From assembly GCA_964187785.1 (NCBI GenBank), contig OZ076409.1, positions 79,610,001 through 79,674,000 on the forward strand: DNA of 64,000 nucleotides, written 5' to 3'. Of the stretch, positions 1 to 14,118 are shown piece after piece. Origin of the DNA: Amphiscolops sp. MND2022. Lineage: Eukaryota. Under the pieces are notes generated by a model, which was given only the letters and a program-made list of their open reading frames with translations, made no database searches and had not been told where the DNA came from. Position numbers and translations under genes: made by a program. The stretch's first letter is position 1; the number at the start of each line of letters is the position of its first letter.

Positions 1-1041
1 CTTCTATATGCGTTTTCATTGGTGGCAAACTGCGTTACTAGAGTGTGACAGTAACTTAGCAAACAGTTGCTGTGTTATTGCGAAAAGGCAAATTTTCTGA
101 AAATTATTTTTTTGCAAATTTTCACTTTTTTCCAGTTACTTTTTTGCCGGTGGTTCGGAAAACAAACTATATTGACACAATTAACAACTTGCCCCAAATA
201 GTCCAATAGATTGTTGATAAGAAACAAACTTTCGTTTTCCTATATGCATTTTTCGTTTCGTAATTTTTTATTGATTGGGAAAAAAATCGCTGTCCCCATT
301 GAGGACAAAATCACTAATGAGGTTAAAAAATGCTGAAAGACCCTACAGAGAAACATTTCCCGATTATCACAATTCTAAAGAAGAGACACACAGACATTTT
401 ACCAATAATTTTGAAGTTAGTCAACCCATTCTGAAAAAAAAATCAGTTTTGCGTGCCGAGCGAGAACAAGCATTTTATGTACGCTGTAAAAGTTGAATCA
501 ATGTAGGAAATCTCACTCGGTAGAAAACTCAGGAACATGAAAAAGAAGTTTCAAATAACGTCAAGACTCAGCCGAAAGTCTTTCAAAATTTTCTGTCCAA
601 AATTTTTGGAATTTGGAAAAATTCGATTTTTTCTGTGGCCTTCCATTGGCAACCGCCAACGGAATTTACACATGTTTTGACAAGTTACAACCTTTACTAT
701 TTTATATAACCAGATTAAGGAAGCAGCTTAACCCCCAAGTGACGCTCGGCAAAACTACAGACTTACTTATTGTCTGAAGCGAATGAAATTCCTAAAATAA
801 AACTAAATTGTATATTTTCTGATTGAATTTATAAACGAAGTTTGCAATAAACTTTTCCAAACTTGCTGTATGTATACGCCGTTACATGAAATAGGTCTTG
901 ATAATTGACAATTTTGAAGCTTTTTTCGCAGTGTTATTCAAATCGAACTTCGAGAATTTCATAATTTATCAATGAAAGTTTATTATTTTCGCTTTACAAT
1001 TGATTTATTCCAGCGACGGGTAGACCAATCAGAATGGAGCA

Positions 1042-4000
1042 TCACCAAATGAAACAAGTGGGACAATATTGTCGGTAGGCCTCTATCTCTCCAGTCTGGG
1101 GGTTCATCAGTGTCGTGTACACAGTCAGCTGGTTTAGAACGGGATCAGTAGACAACACATTGAAGATGTGGGCCTTGTCGATAGTTTCAGCTGATGACTC
1201 ATTCATGCACTTCTGTCCAGGTATACGTCGGTTATCTGCAACATTGATTTTTCAATGTTAATGAATCAAATTGGTCGTAGCATATTAGGTATTTTATAAG
1301 TATCACGGTTTGTCAATTTGATTTGGTTAACCCGATTCAACTGGCCATCTGTGCTGTTGGCCGACCCGATCCAGTGTGATTGGATATCAGACAAATATTC
1401 TCAATTTTGTGATGCAACTATACCTCGTATTGAATGAAAAGTTAGACGTGGATCGAAAATTTGTTTGTGAGCAACTTTCAACAATGGGACTATTTCTCAT
1501 TTAAAAAGATACAAAAAGTTAAGTGATTCTGAAGTAAGATCAGCTTCATTTCCTGATCTAATTTCATTCTTTTCGTGTTAAAAACTTCATTTCATTACTG
1601 ATCCGCTATTATGAATTCGTTTCGCACTTTCGGTAATAGCATCGGTGACCAAATTTAGCACCTAACGTAGGTTATCTACCTGGGATTATTTAACACATTT
1701 TATTTAAGTTACAAAAACCGTAATAATACCGTTTAAAACCATGAAAAACATTTCTCAGTTCGTAATGTTTTGAAAGTGCTCCCAAACATTTTTTCGAAAA
1801 GTTTGTCTATTTTTCAGAGCCATAGAGCGATATCGATTCAAAAAGCATTAATGGTGAGCATTGGTTATTACCAAGGAAAAAAGGTTTTTTCCAGTGGTCG
1901 TAATTGGTCTCAAGAAGATACCATCGGTCTTCTTCCAAGTTCAGCTGCAGGGGCTGAAGAGTTTCGTTGATTCCTCGGGTGATCAGATGTCCTTCATTGT
2001 GTTGCACTCCACTGACAATGAAGTAGCACGGGGCTATGAGACCCCTAGTACTCAGGGCATTGATGGCGCCGTCGTAGGTGTAGCTGGCTTCTAACACATC
2101 TCGTACCAACCACGTAGCGAAATACAAGTTTTCGTTCTTTACAAGCCAGTCGAACAAGCCATGGATACCTCCGTTAGGGGGCGCGAACCGTTCGTTCAAT
2201 GAGATGCTAACAGAGGAATAGAATGAGTCAACATAATTTGAAAACAAAATATTACATTTCGGAAAATTATTGAAAGGAACCATCATTTTTATCAATGCAG
2301 TTAAACGAAGAATGTTTAAAAACCACCTAAAACGTTTTGTGAACTTTTTTAGTTAGTTACGGTACTGCTATTAAGTATGACCATGGTAGCGAGAACTAAT
2401 AGAATGCAAAAATAATGAAAGGTTTTTTGAAAAATACTGCATTATTTTTTCATTGCATTTTCTCGGTGCTCTGGTTCTCAATAAGAATTTTTGTTTGTAG
2501 GCTTTCGGACAAGTTTTTATACAATGAGATTTCGTTTTAATGATTTGTTAAAGTTGAATCCCGCTGATAATGTTTTTGAAATGAAAATTGATTGTACAAA
2601 TTTTCGAAATTTTTTCTACGACAGTGTGTTTGTTTTTGGATGTTTTGACTATGGACTTTTGTTGCGTACTTGCAGAAGAATTAATTGGACCGTTCCTATA
2701 GGAAGTATACTTAGACGCGTGTCTCACCTGTAATGACCGCCTCGAACACCTGTGATTACACCAATGTACCCTCCAAATGTGGTCATATTGAACACAGGTG
2801 TATCCCCCTTAACAACTTCCACGTTGAACTCCATCGTCCTGAGAATCTCACTCATCTTCCAGGTGTGAGTCATGTTATCCCAACCAAGAAACAGTCCGAA
2901 GTCCAGGTTACGTGCATGGAAATGCTCTCCCGTGTTTTTGTTCTCAGCCACAATTGAAGTGCAAACGGAAAAGAGTTCGTAGAAAATATTGTATGCCACA
3001 GCTCGTCCCACAGTGATTCCGGACTTCTGAGCAATGCCTTTGATTTCATTCCTACAATAACAGTGAACTTCATTCATATCAGTCACATCGAAAATTGAGG
3101 AAAATTCAATTTTTGCCAAACAATTTTTGGGAATAACCTGCGGTTATTTTGAGACTAACTAAACTCAGCGCTCAGGGCAAAAATGTTGATTCGAAGTCTT
3201 AGGGTACTGTAAAATTTTAAGCAACACTTAAAGCTAGGCTTCAATTTGCTTAGTCTTGTACAAAGTCAGTGCCAACTAAAAATATAAATACCCCCAATTT
3301 GAGGCAACCTTCAATTCTCTGAATATTTCACCCGATGAGCGCAGTTTTTGGCTACGATGAGAATATCCCATATATATTCTCACAGGTTCCAAGTTTTTTG
3401 AATTTTTAGTTCAATGTCGAATACCCCAGTTTCAACCACCTCTAAATGAAATATCTTTAAATAAGATCTGTGTTGTCACAATGGTCAACACATTGGCACT
3501 CGACAATGCTAGCTAAAAACATTTTTTACCAATATTGGCATTATCCGTACTGCTCTTTTCATTTACAAAGACAGGTGATTATCAAATAAACTCTTCATGA
3601 TCGAAATGGATCAATAAAGTGCGGGAAATCTCATCTCTGAACTTTCAGAAAATACGGTAACATTTGTAAGCAATGCTACCATATAGTAATTTAGGACATT
3701 ACATACTTCAACAAGCAAAAACTAACAAACCTGTACTCTCTGGGCACTTTGTAGAGAAGCAACGGGAAATATTTATCCACGAATTCAATGATTTTCCCAC
3801 TTGGATCGATAATTTCCACAAGATGCACTGCTTGATCTAGAAGGGCATTAATCTGGTCTTTGTACACTTCAATAATATCATCCCATCGGTGCAGAGGGTC
3901 TTTATTCAGATCCAGTTTGTACCAGGGTAGTGCATACTTCTGCTGGGGAGGGTATGCGTCTTTTTCACACCCATAATTGGGGTTTGGGTTGGCAATAACC

Positions 4001-4047
4001 AATGCAAGACACAAAATTGAAGCGAGTGCTAGATATCTCCACCACAT
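1042..4047 (-). CDS. ASAH1: Acid ceramidase-like (N-acylsphingosine amidohydrolase, Ntn-hydrolase) gene, copy A; exons 4047-3731, 3051-2728, 2206-1872, 1235-1042; 389 aa
   Basis: N-terminal signal peptide, then DAYPP and PWYKLDL, the autocleavage/nucleophile motif YELFSV-CTSIVA, HARNLDFG, LNERF, PCYFIVSG, ETNYDHW, DNRR and C-terminal CPTCFIW*. All introns are GT-AG with matching phases (2,2,1). Spliced length is 1170 nt with no internal stop. Confidence 0.93.
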
Positions 4048-4458
4048 GGTTCGTATCGTTGTATATCTACAGATAGCACAGTTTCAAATGACCGCACGAA
4101 CAATTTGTATTTGGTTCAGAGCGTTTAGTTTAACCTTGAGAGGCGTAGGCTCCAATTTGTGCCTCATTCGTTTACTTTGACAATGAAACTATTCGTTCAG
4201 ACGTTTTTTCGATATTTGAAGAGCTCAAATGTTTTGTTGAATGTTTACTTCGCAACGGAGTGAGTTAATGTGAACGAAATTCAACTGCGTTGAGATGGTA
4301 TAAGATTATATTACATGCTTTAGATACCTAAATATGGTTTCAATCTAAATAAGAATGGCTAGAAAAATGTTCGTAAAGAAAACTTCAACAATGTGTTTAC
4401 TCCGATGTCAGTAATTTGTTAGTCTTATTTGTTTTCTTTTTTTTTCACAAGACATCAC

Positions 4459-4712
4459 AGTGTTCGAAGCCATGATATTCTTGCCAAGATCCATGCCAAG
4501 TTCCTTGATAGCTTTGCCAAGATCTTGCCATGATCTTGGCAAGCAAACCATGACCATGCAAGATCGTGCAAAGGCTAACCATGATCTTCGCAAGGATGCC
4601 AAGATATACCATGTTCTTGACAAAGGTTCCATGGTAGCAAATCCGTTTTTTTTGGTAACTCCCAGTGTTCGAAGCCATGGTATCCTTGCCAAGATCCATG
4701 TTCCCGCTCGCC
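4459..4712. repeat. CATG/CTTGGCAAG-rich degenerate repeat (probable MITE-type interspersed repeat)
   Basis: Many units like cttgccaagatccatg in both orientations. A 37-nt direct repeat (agtgttcgaagccatg...gccaagatccatg) occurs at 4459 and 4664. A related patch lies at ~63545-63606. Confidence 0.55.
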
Positions 4713-7700
4713 GCTTCAGACATTTTTTCCGTCGCATTTAGATGATATTCCTTAGACGTTATTGCACTCAACATTCAGCTACTCTTCTAGATGTCTCACT
4801 CAGATCAAAAACTTCTATAATAGTACCAAAAACCTAAATAAAGCTCTTACTACCGGCAAAAACATGTGAAAGGAATATTTTTTGTATTTGGCAGAAACAT
4901 TTCAACAGCAAACACTTTTCATAATTATTATTACACCGCAAATTTTTGTTCTGAAATTGAGTCAAAATCGAAAAAATATATATATTCAACTTTTGAACTC
5001 TACTTATTGCCTTAAGAACTACCAGTCAAAAGAGAACCATCTTGGTTTCAATACTGTAGCTTTGACACTCTTGTTATTTTCCGTCCATATTCAAAATGGG
5101 AAAGGAGAATATTTAAATCAAACGTTTTTTTTCACAAAATTCGCTAAGCACCAAATTTATATCTAACTTTAAGGGTATCACCCATAAAATTCAACTCACA
5201 TAAATTTAGCTTCGTGCAATATGTATGTGTGGAGATTTCTGGAATTTTTGGTTAACCCAAAGCACCCCAGATTGACCCAAAAATGACCCCAAAATTGGGA
5301 AAATTTCCAATTTTTTAACGTTTTCGTGCAGTTTTTGTCAATTTTTCGATAGATGTCGTGGATTAGAATTTTCAAAACGTTCAACAAGGCACAACCTCAA
5401 TGTCAAATAATTTTTATGAAGAGATAATTGCAGTTTTCCGAATGAAGGGTGTTTCAAATTAACACCGAAGATGACAGAAATCCCTAAAATTTCCCAAACA
5501 TTCAAAGTTTTGATGCAATTTTTGTTGAAGTTTCGACAGATTTCATGGATTGGAATTTTGAAAAGGGTCAAAAAGGAAAGCATGTGTTGTCCAGAATGCT
5601 TAGTGAAGTGATGAAAGCACTTTTTATATGAAAAATGGCTGAAATTGACATCGAAAAAGACAGAACTTCGAAAATTTCCTTTTTTCACCATTTTAGTTCA
5701 ATTTTTGTCAAACTTTTGACAGACTTTATGTACTAAAGTGTTAAAACTCCTAAAACAATGGGAAATTTTGTTGTTTCAGTGGGCTTCCATCTAGAGATGA
5801 GTTCAATTTGTAACAGAAACTTGCATCAAATTGATCTTGAAATTGTCAAAAAACTTGATGTTTTTGTGGTTTTTGATTCCATTTAGGTACACTTTCCGAT
5901 AGATTTCGTTATTAAATAAAACACAATCAACAACGAAAGAACAAGCTATGCAGCAAATTTTTTCAGTAGGAAGTTGCAGCTGCAAAAACACTTCAGAATA
6001 ACTCCAAATGAGTCCAAAAATTTCACCATCTTCATGTTTTTATGCAACTTATGTGTACTTTTTGAATCATTCTGGAGTCAGAACAATGACAAACGTTCAA
6101 CAAAGATTTAACTAAGAAAACAGTGGGCTTTAAAAGAAATATTGGCAGACTTCGGTTGGAAAATGGCTCAAAGTGACCGCAAAAAGTCGCAATTGTCAAA
6201 ATTTTTGCCGAATTCTAACCGTTTCAGTGAACTTTTAATTGAGATTGGAAAATGTCGGTAAGATAAAATCTTCGAAAAACTTCAACTGATAAAAGTAGGT
6301 CTGTGTTTAACAGAAAAATTTCCACATTTTCTTGGAAAAGGTTTCCTCATAATGGCCCAAATGATGCAAAATTACGATTTTTTTACATTTTAGGCACTTT
6401 TTGTACACTTTTTCATCTATTTCCTTGCATAAAAAGTTTTTGGAAACTCCATAAAGACTAATCCTGGTATTCGGTTGAAGATTTTGAAGATATAACCAAT
6501 TTTTTGTTGGAATAGGCCCCAAAACACACCAAAGTCCATGAAACAACAAAACAGCACGTTTTTTGACAAATTAATCCCAATGTTTGTGCAAACCACAAAT
6601 GTTTTTGCAGAAAAGAACTTCTTTTGGCCTGAAGGAGAAACAATAGGGTGATCAAAACGCAATTTGAAGATAAAAGTGGGGTGAAGTTGATCGAGTTTAC
6701 AACAAAGATTCGAATTTTCTCATTTTTCGTCAACACACAGTCCCAGTTTTGGACCGTTTCCAAAAATTTAGTTCAATCAGAGAACTGAAATGCTCAGGAT
6801 TGACTTGTGTAGCTACCAGTAGTGTTTTGAAAAAATATCATACAAGTTTATTTGCACAACCTTTTAGAACTTTACTTGGAAAGACAAACTTCGATCTTTT
6901 TTGCCGAATATTTATTATCCAATAAGCTCCAAGCAAAATCATAGATAGGGTTAACACCTTCCAAAGGAAAATGTTTTCAGCTACTTCGTGGGTTAGAATG
7001 GTGTAACTAATCAACAACCAAACGCGGTGTCCAGTAGGCGTGTTTTTGAAGAGACATCTGTTGATTCATGTTGGAAAAGTTCCGAGAAAGTTGACCCCAA
7101 AGTTGTCGAAAATATATCCAGTATTGAAACTATGCGCATTAATATAACATACCGAGACCGCTCAAATTTCTTGAACTTGCAAAGGACTAAGTTTAAAACT
7201 ATTACCATTTTCTCAGTATCAAAAATTACCCCAAGAAATTCGCCTGAGGCTAAGAAACCACTTTTTCCCCCACAGGAATCACAAAAAGTCCAACAACTTG
7301 AATTTTATTCGGTAAAGACCTATGGTGGCCAAAACAATTTCAGCCCGGAAAACTACGTTTCTCAAGCCGAAATCTATTATGAAAGCACGGGAGTACCCTT
7401 TGACCAAATGAAATTTTCGGAAAGACGCAGAGAACTGAAAAAAACTGAAATGAGTTTTTTTTCTACAACCAAAAAAACTCATCAGTCCTACATGATCAAA
7501 AGTATCAACGAGGTCACCCTCAAGACGCGGAAAAGTGGCCAGCTATCACGGTAATAAAAAATTAAGATGGATCAAAACTTTCGTTTTTTCGAAATTCTTT
7601 GCGTTTTCATAGTGCAGTGGCTATTCTTGAGCTTCAAATTTATGTAGTTGAAAAACATTTTGGGGCGGAAAATATCTCGCTGCTTAGCCGGCGTCTTGTT

Positions 7701-8076
7701 TAAATCTTGTAATGTACACTTTTCCTGAAAATGCTTTTTTTTTCAGAATTGAACAGCCAAAGCTAAAAGTTATTTCTCCAACAAGGTTATTAGTAGCATT
7801 TTTTATCCTTTTGCCATTTAATTTTTGAAGGCAAACGTTTCCACAAAGATTGGATTGTAAATTTAAAAAATTCGAAAACAGTCAAAAGAACCATGTTTTT
7901 CTCCGGCGTTGTTCGTTATGATTGGCAGAATTTGCGAGGCAATACTTTCCGAAAAATGCCAAAACTTACAATACGCAGTAAAAAATTTTTTGTAGAATGT
8001 TTTGGATTGGAAACAAGAAAAACGTTGTAATTCCGAATGATGTTCAACAGATTTTTTTAGGCTTGTGTGTCAGAGG

Positions 8077-9680
8077 AAAACATAGGCGCGACGGCATGTC
8101 GCGCTTGGCCTCGAGCAGAAATGTTCAATGGTCTGCAGAAGGTGCTACAAATAGTATAATTTCCTGGGCTCATAACCTTGTGAACTTATCTAGTCTCACA
8201 TCAAAAAATTCTGATGAAAGAACTACAAAGATGAGTGAATAAAAATGTTTGAGAAAAAGGAGAAATGTAATTTTGGCAAAAACACGAACGCGTCATACTT
8301 CGTGACGGAAGCCGTGATGGTACAAAAACTAGCCTACATTTTTGCCTCACTTTGTGAGGAAAATCATTTTCTTATCTATTTTCAGTTTAGAGAAAAATGG
8401 GCTACAAAGTGGAAATAGAATTGAAAAAATGCATATATTTTTATTATCCCTTCATTCGCTCAAAAACCAGAGCGAAAACAAATTCGACGTCTCTGTGAGC
8501 CTAAAACGTAGGTTTTCAAAACCATAAAGCAAATTTTTTTTTAGAAATGTCTTTCAACGAAAATATAGCTTAGGATCTTGCGCAATTTTTAGCGAAAACA
8601 TGGTATCCATATCTATTATTGGTTTTTTGAGAAATTTGCCTCACAACTTTGAAATGTTGGCAGATGTCACGAAATCTTCAAAAAAACATAGGCGCGACCA
8701 ACTCGAGCAGAAACGTTCAATGGTCTGCAGAAGGTGCTACAAATTCTATATATTTTAGGGCATACAACCTTGTGACCTTGTCTAGTTTCAGATTAGGTAA
8801 ATTTGATGGAATAACTAAAAAACTGAATAGGTTTTTTTTGGAAAATTGAAAAAACCTATTTTTGGCCACAACCCGAAATCGTCATACTTCATGACGGAAT
8901 CTTTGATGGTACAAAGAGTAGCCTACATTCTTGCCTTCCTTTTTGGGGGAGAATGGTTTTCGTATCTATTTTCAGTTTTGAGAAAAATCAGGTACAAATT
9001 GGAATAAAATTGGAAAATATTCAATTTTTTTACCCCGTTTTTGTCGCCCAAAAAAACCAGAGCGAAATAGTTTCGACGTCACTTTCAGCCTAAAACGTAG
9101 CCCACAGAACGCACTTACACTTTACAAAACCATGAACCCCGTATTTGGTCTGGGTGATGAGATTTAGGAGCTCAAGTATAAAAGAATCAAGAAAAGTTTT
9201 ATAAAAAAACATTCAAGTATTTTTGCCAGAAAAACGAAAGGGTCATATTTTATGACGGAAACTTTGTTGATCCAATAATTAGCCAACATCCTTGCAGTTT
9301 TTTTCTTGAGGGGTAGTGGTTTCTGTATCATCTTTGCCCAAAAAACTGAGTATGAAAAAATTTTTGAAGTCATTTTTAGGCTAAAATGTAGCCTATGAAA
9401 TGTTTGTGCAATATACGAATCCATGGACTCTGTATTTGGTCTCAGTTCTGAAATATAGGGGATCGAATTCGAGAAACAGTCAAAAATAACGTTCATTCAA
9501 AAATTCTTTCCAAAAAACCCATGAAGCTGAATTTTTTGAAAACGTTTTTCGAAGAAAGTGTAGCCTAGGATTTGCGCAATTTTTAGCGAAAACATGATAT
9601 CCATATCTATTCTCGGTTTCGAGAAATTTGCCTCACAAGTTTGAAAAGTTGGCAGATGTCACGAAATCTGCGAAAAAAAA
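8077..9680. repeat. Locally duplicated repeat blocks (8077-8520 vs 8685-9100; ~8565-8690 vs ~9560-9680)
   Basis: Shared strings such as ctcgagcagaaa-gttcaatggtctgcagaaggtgctacaaat and gcgcaatttttagcgaaaacatg-tatccatatctatt. Confidence 0.7.
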
Positions 9681-11591
9681 CGTCACGACATGGACACCTC
9701 GCAAAGTTCGAGCCTCAATAAAACGTCACTATATAGGCAAAGCTCTAGACCCCAAAAAAATAAAACGTCACCATATGGGTACCTCGCAAAGCTCGAGCCC
9801 CTAAAAACTAAATTCAGTTAAAATTACCTTGATGCAGTGATTCCAGAATAGCATCTTATTTCGTTCCTGTAATCCTTTTTAAGTCGAGTTTTCACTTCTC
9901 GATTTTTAAGTCACGAAAAAGTTTAGTTTTAGCCGGGGGCATTTACAAAAGTTCTTTTGCTCTACCGGTTTCTGCCAATAGGTATTTTTAGTTCTATTAT
10001 TTCTTTTCAATTACTTTGGCACTTGGTCTGGAGGTTAATTTGAGTTTCTCTGCGTGGTGAGTGATTTCATCTGCTAGTACGTGAGTTTGAATCCCGCGCT
10101 AGATGATTTTTTGCTTGCAAGGGTTTAGGAAAGACCAAGGTGTCCCACTTTCGTTTTTCTTGAGAATATGCAATTTTTTCTTTGCATTTTTCTAAGGGAA
10201 GAGCCCGTATTCGGGGAAAACAAAGCGCTTTACGAGCATAGAGGGCCCTTCAAGCATTTTTCGTACCGTGCGACTGTTCAAAAACTGTTTTTGAAAAAAA
10301 AATCGAAGAGAAAATTTTTTCGAGAACATTTTTCCGGGAAAAAATTGTTTTCACACAATTTTCAATTTTTTCAAGTTTTCTGTTGAACGAAACCATTTTC
10401 CGAGTTCTGAAGGTGGCTTTGGTTTATCTTTGGTCCTTGTCGAGTTTCGCCGCTTCGATTTTTTGATGTTTCTTCGTTTAAACAACACTGTTTTAGGCCT
10501 GAAGTGTCACACATTGAGTAACTTTAGCACTGTGTGACTTTTTTAACAACAAAGTGTGACAATAACTTTTAAGAAAATGTCTTTCCTTCACACTGAAAAG
10601 TCCCTCATTCGGAACTTGTTTCAATATTTTACAAAAAACTGAAAGCTTTTTCAAAGAGGTTAAAGGGTGCTCATTTCAATATTTTTCATTTTCAACCCGA
10701 GATAGCTGTAGCAAAAGTGAAATTTTCTCTATCGCTAAGAAAAATAGGTTCTTCTTGCGAACAAATTGTTCTACTTTTCAATTTTTTGCAATTTCATTGT
10801 TCTTGAAAGTCCTTGACCTATAACGAAAAACAGTCATAAACCCCAATCGGAAAAATAACTTGGCGTGTTCCTGTTAAACATACCAAGGTTCTGAAGATCA
10901 AGTTTTACTTTGTGAAAACCAGTGTTCAATCCGCTTGAATTTTTAACATGGCTATAAAAGTTACTAACAACTTTCACAGGGTGGTCACGGTGTCATGGAC
11001 GTCATAGAGATGTCATGGAGAGTAATCGGGTGTCATGGAGAGCTTTGATGATTCAAAATTCACTTCAGATTGAAATGCGCGCCAAAAATGGAGTTTTTGA
11101 ATGTGATAAAGATTGGCTAACCCAAGCTGAGTTCAAGCTATGGATTGGACGGATGTCTGATTTGTGATGATTCTGTTTATAATAAGTTTAAATTTATTTT
11201 TTTTCACCAGTCAGACCACACAAATGTCACGATGCGCACACACGATGCATGCAGATTTTTGTTTCTGACAGCGTGGCCACCCTATTTCACAATGATTTTT
11301 TCGCAACTCTCACAAAATTTTTCGTGCGGATATTTTTCAGTACTGCATTCGACTTTTATCGAGCTGCTTGAAAGAATCGTTGAAAAATGAGCGACACGTT
11401 TTTCAAGTTTCTCGTTTTTGGCAGCAGTTCTTATTTAAAAAGTTGCAAATAAGTTGACTTCATCAAATTTTTACCACAGCTCCACTGCAGAGTACCTTCT
11501 GCCATGTTATAAACTGCAAGCTAGCGTCATTTTTAAAAGTTGAGAAATCAAATGAAAACAAGACGCCCGCTAAACACCGGGATATTTTCCG

Positions 11592-12934
11592 CCCTAGTTG
11601 AGACTGCTGGAACTTTTTACATGCTGCAGGCCTGCATGCAGGGTAATTTTTAATAAAACCTGGAAAATTCAGTAAGGTTCCGGTGGCAAATCTTGATGAA
11701 TTACACTGCATTTTCCACTACAGCAATTAAATTTGAAATATTTCCTTATTTCTTTTACGGACACGATCACGTTGTATTCACACATTGATTTCTCAAATAC
11801 TTATCTGATTTAATCACCGCTTCTCAAATAGGACGCTGAAGATGACGCTAGTTTGCTGTTTACATTGTGAATGAAGTTAATTTGCATTAAAATGGCGGCA
11901 AAATTGTTGAAGTCTCAGCTGCATTTAAAATTAGAACTGATGCATATTAAAACTTGCAGAACTTCGCGGCTTGAAATTGCCGCTAAACCTTTGATGATTC
12001 TTTAAAGCAGCCTGATAAAAGTTGGCGACAACAGGGAAATATTAACGCATTAAAGATATTTAGAAAATCATAATAAAAGTTGCTGGCAACATTAAAGTAC
12101 ATGTAAGAAGTACAAGCATGTTCAACAAGGGCGCCTTCTTAGTTGACTATTTTAGTTACTTTACTATTTTAGTTACTTGAATATTTTAGTTGCTAATAAC
12201 TAGAATAGTCAAGTAGTGGATGGAGATCGTAGAGATTTGGCAGGACTTGGAAAACAAGACGAGAACGTCTAAAGTCGGCGCTGTATCTAAGGCTCAAAAA
12301 GCGCAAAGTTTTTAAAACATTCCCTGCATTTATTTATTAAAAGCTCAGAAAACAGTTTCGAGACACCCAAAGGGTGCCTTTCATGTTCGATAAGGAACAA
12401 TTTTATCCCCAACTGGGAACAAAAAAAACAGTTTTTTTTTAAAATAATTTGGATTTTTTCGTTCAGAAAATGTCGCACAGTGCCGGAAAAAATTGAAAGG
12501 GGGCCCTATAGACTCGTCCGGTTTTGTAAGTTACGTTAAAAAAGTAAAAATTGAAAGGGGGGACCCTTTGCACTAAGTTTGCCTTGGACGGCAAGTAGAT
12601 TTAGTAGTCTGAGTGGTTTTAGTAGTTTCTGTACAAAAAGTGGACCGATCAGTGTGAGGTCTGTCATCTGAAGAAAAAAAGGTCACTGTAAGAGTGGGGC
12701 GTTTTTCCTTTAAAGGAAAAAGTGCCGACTAAAAACGCCTTTATATGTGGGCGGAAAATAACAACGTGCGTGATCGCGTCAGTAACGAAGTGATTTTTCT
12801 TTCGACTTTAGATAAATAGTAAAATACTTTAGTTACAATAGGCAAAAATACTTACTGTATTTTCTAGGCTTTACGAAAATATACCTAGAATGCAGGCCTG
12901 CAGCTTGCAAAAATTACCGGCAGTTTTGACTAGG
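11592..12934. mobile_element. Non-autonomous DNA transposon (MITE, CCCTAG...CTAGG termini), same family as 15314-16956, with a nested Helentron-like repeat
   Basis: Imperfect TIRs ccctagttgagactgctggaa / ttaccggcagttttgactagg. Interior 11700-11990 is the reverse complement of interior 15960-16290. Confidence 0.65.
12254..12735 (+). mobile_element. Helentron-associated-like (HINE/DINE-1-like) non-autonomous repeat
   Basis: Starts acaagacgagaacgtctaaagtcggcgct and ends in a hairpin plus the inverted subterminal repeat agtgccgactaaaa. Homologous copies occur elsewhere in the window. Confidence 0.65.
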
Positions 12935-14118
12935 AAAGATTCGTTTCCGCAGTTTTCTCTAGTGACATTTGCAAGAAATAGTTAGTTCGAGTACAAGTCG
13001 CAAAAAGAATTGAAGATCAACTTGGCGACAAAATAAGACACCAGTAATTTCGAGCAAATGTTAAGGCCATGACTTTGAGAATTTAACGTTTAAAGTTTAT
13101 TAAAAAAGTGTTTTGGTTTCAAAAAAACTTGAGAAAAAGTCTTTTTTGCTTTGAAGCCAAAGTGAAAAAACTTTGACAGAAAATTAATTGTCAATTGACA
13201 TTCAGAGCTATTGAGCAGTTCAGGAAAGATTTTTTGTCACTAAAAGGCCCCCTTCAGGATTTTTTTGTGGCTCTAAGAGGTTTATGAGAATTTTCTAATT
13301 GAATGTCCTTGAGACTAATATTAAGACTTTGTTGACTTGGGCCGTTCATGGTTTCTTTTGTTATCATGATCTTTTTTAGTTTACAGAATTAATCGAATAT
13401 ATTTTTTTCATCACACTGTTATGCTCCATTTGAAAAATATCATTTTCAGCTGGGAAGGAAAGTCTGCTTTGAAACTTTTTTGTCGAATGTTTATTCAAAG
13501 ATTTTTTCATTTCTTAGAAATCTTCGGCATGCATAAACTGCCTATAGCTCATCGATATCTTAGTGTATCATTGAGTGCTCAAGAATAGTTTGTGTAATTT
13601 GAAATTTTCTAATAATTGCTATTCATTTTGAATAATATTCTGAATATAAATGTCAAATTAAGCGATGATTTAAATCCGACCGATGGTCAGATGTCGTCTC
13701 TTTGAAGAGTTCCATGAAAAAACTTGAACTGAACTGTAAACATTCTGATCCAATTTTTTGATAGTATTCTTTTGCTGAAAAGCATGTTTCTACGGGATTG
13801 ATACAGAAAAATTCAACTTTAAGCATATTCTATAACTTATTTTGTTTTTAATCCGACACTCATGAGAAACAAAAACTCTGATGAATATACATTAGCATTT
13901 GAAGACGTTGAATCTTAGCACAAACTTTTAAAAAGATGTTCAAGTTTCATCAGTGATATTTTGTATGCTGCAATCTCAGATTGACAGAAACATGTTAAAA
14001 GTTTTCCAATCATTCGGGATCACTTTCAGGAGCCGTGTGAATCATGCAGCAAATATGTGTGATTAATAATAAATGAGCCAAAATTGACTGGCAGTTCAGT
14101 TCATGAGCAGTGTTTCTT

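Noticed and set aside
4408..4774. Three overlapping 93-109 aa ORFs
   Set aside because: By-product of the CATG-rich repeat; no domain signal.
7027..7554. 175-aa plus-strand ORF
   Set aside because: Non-ATG start, no motifs, and it lies in degenerate repeat-like DNA.
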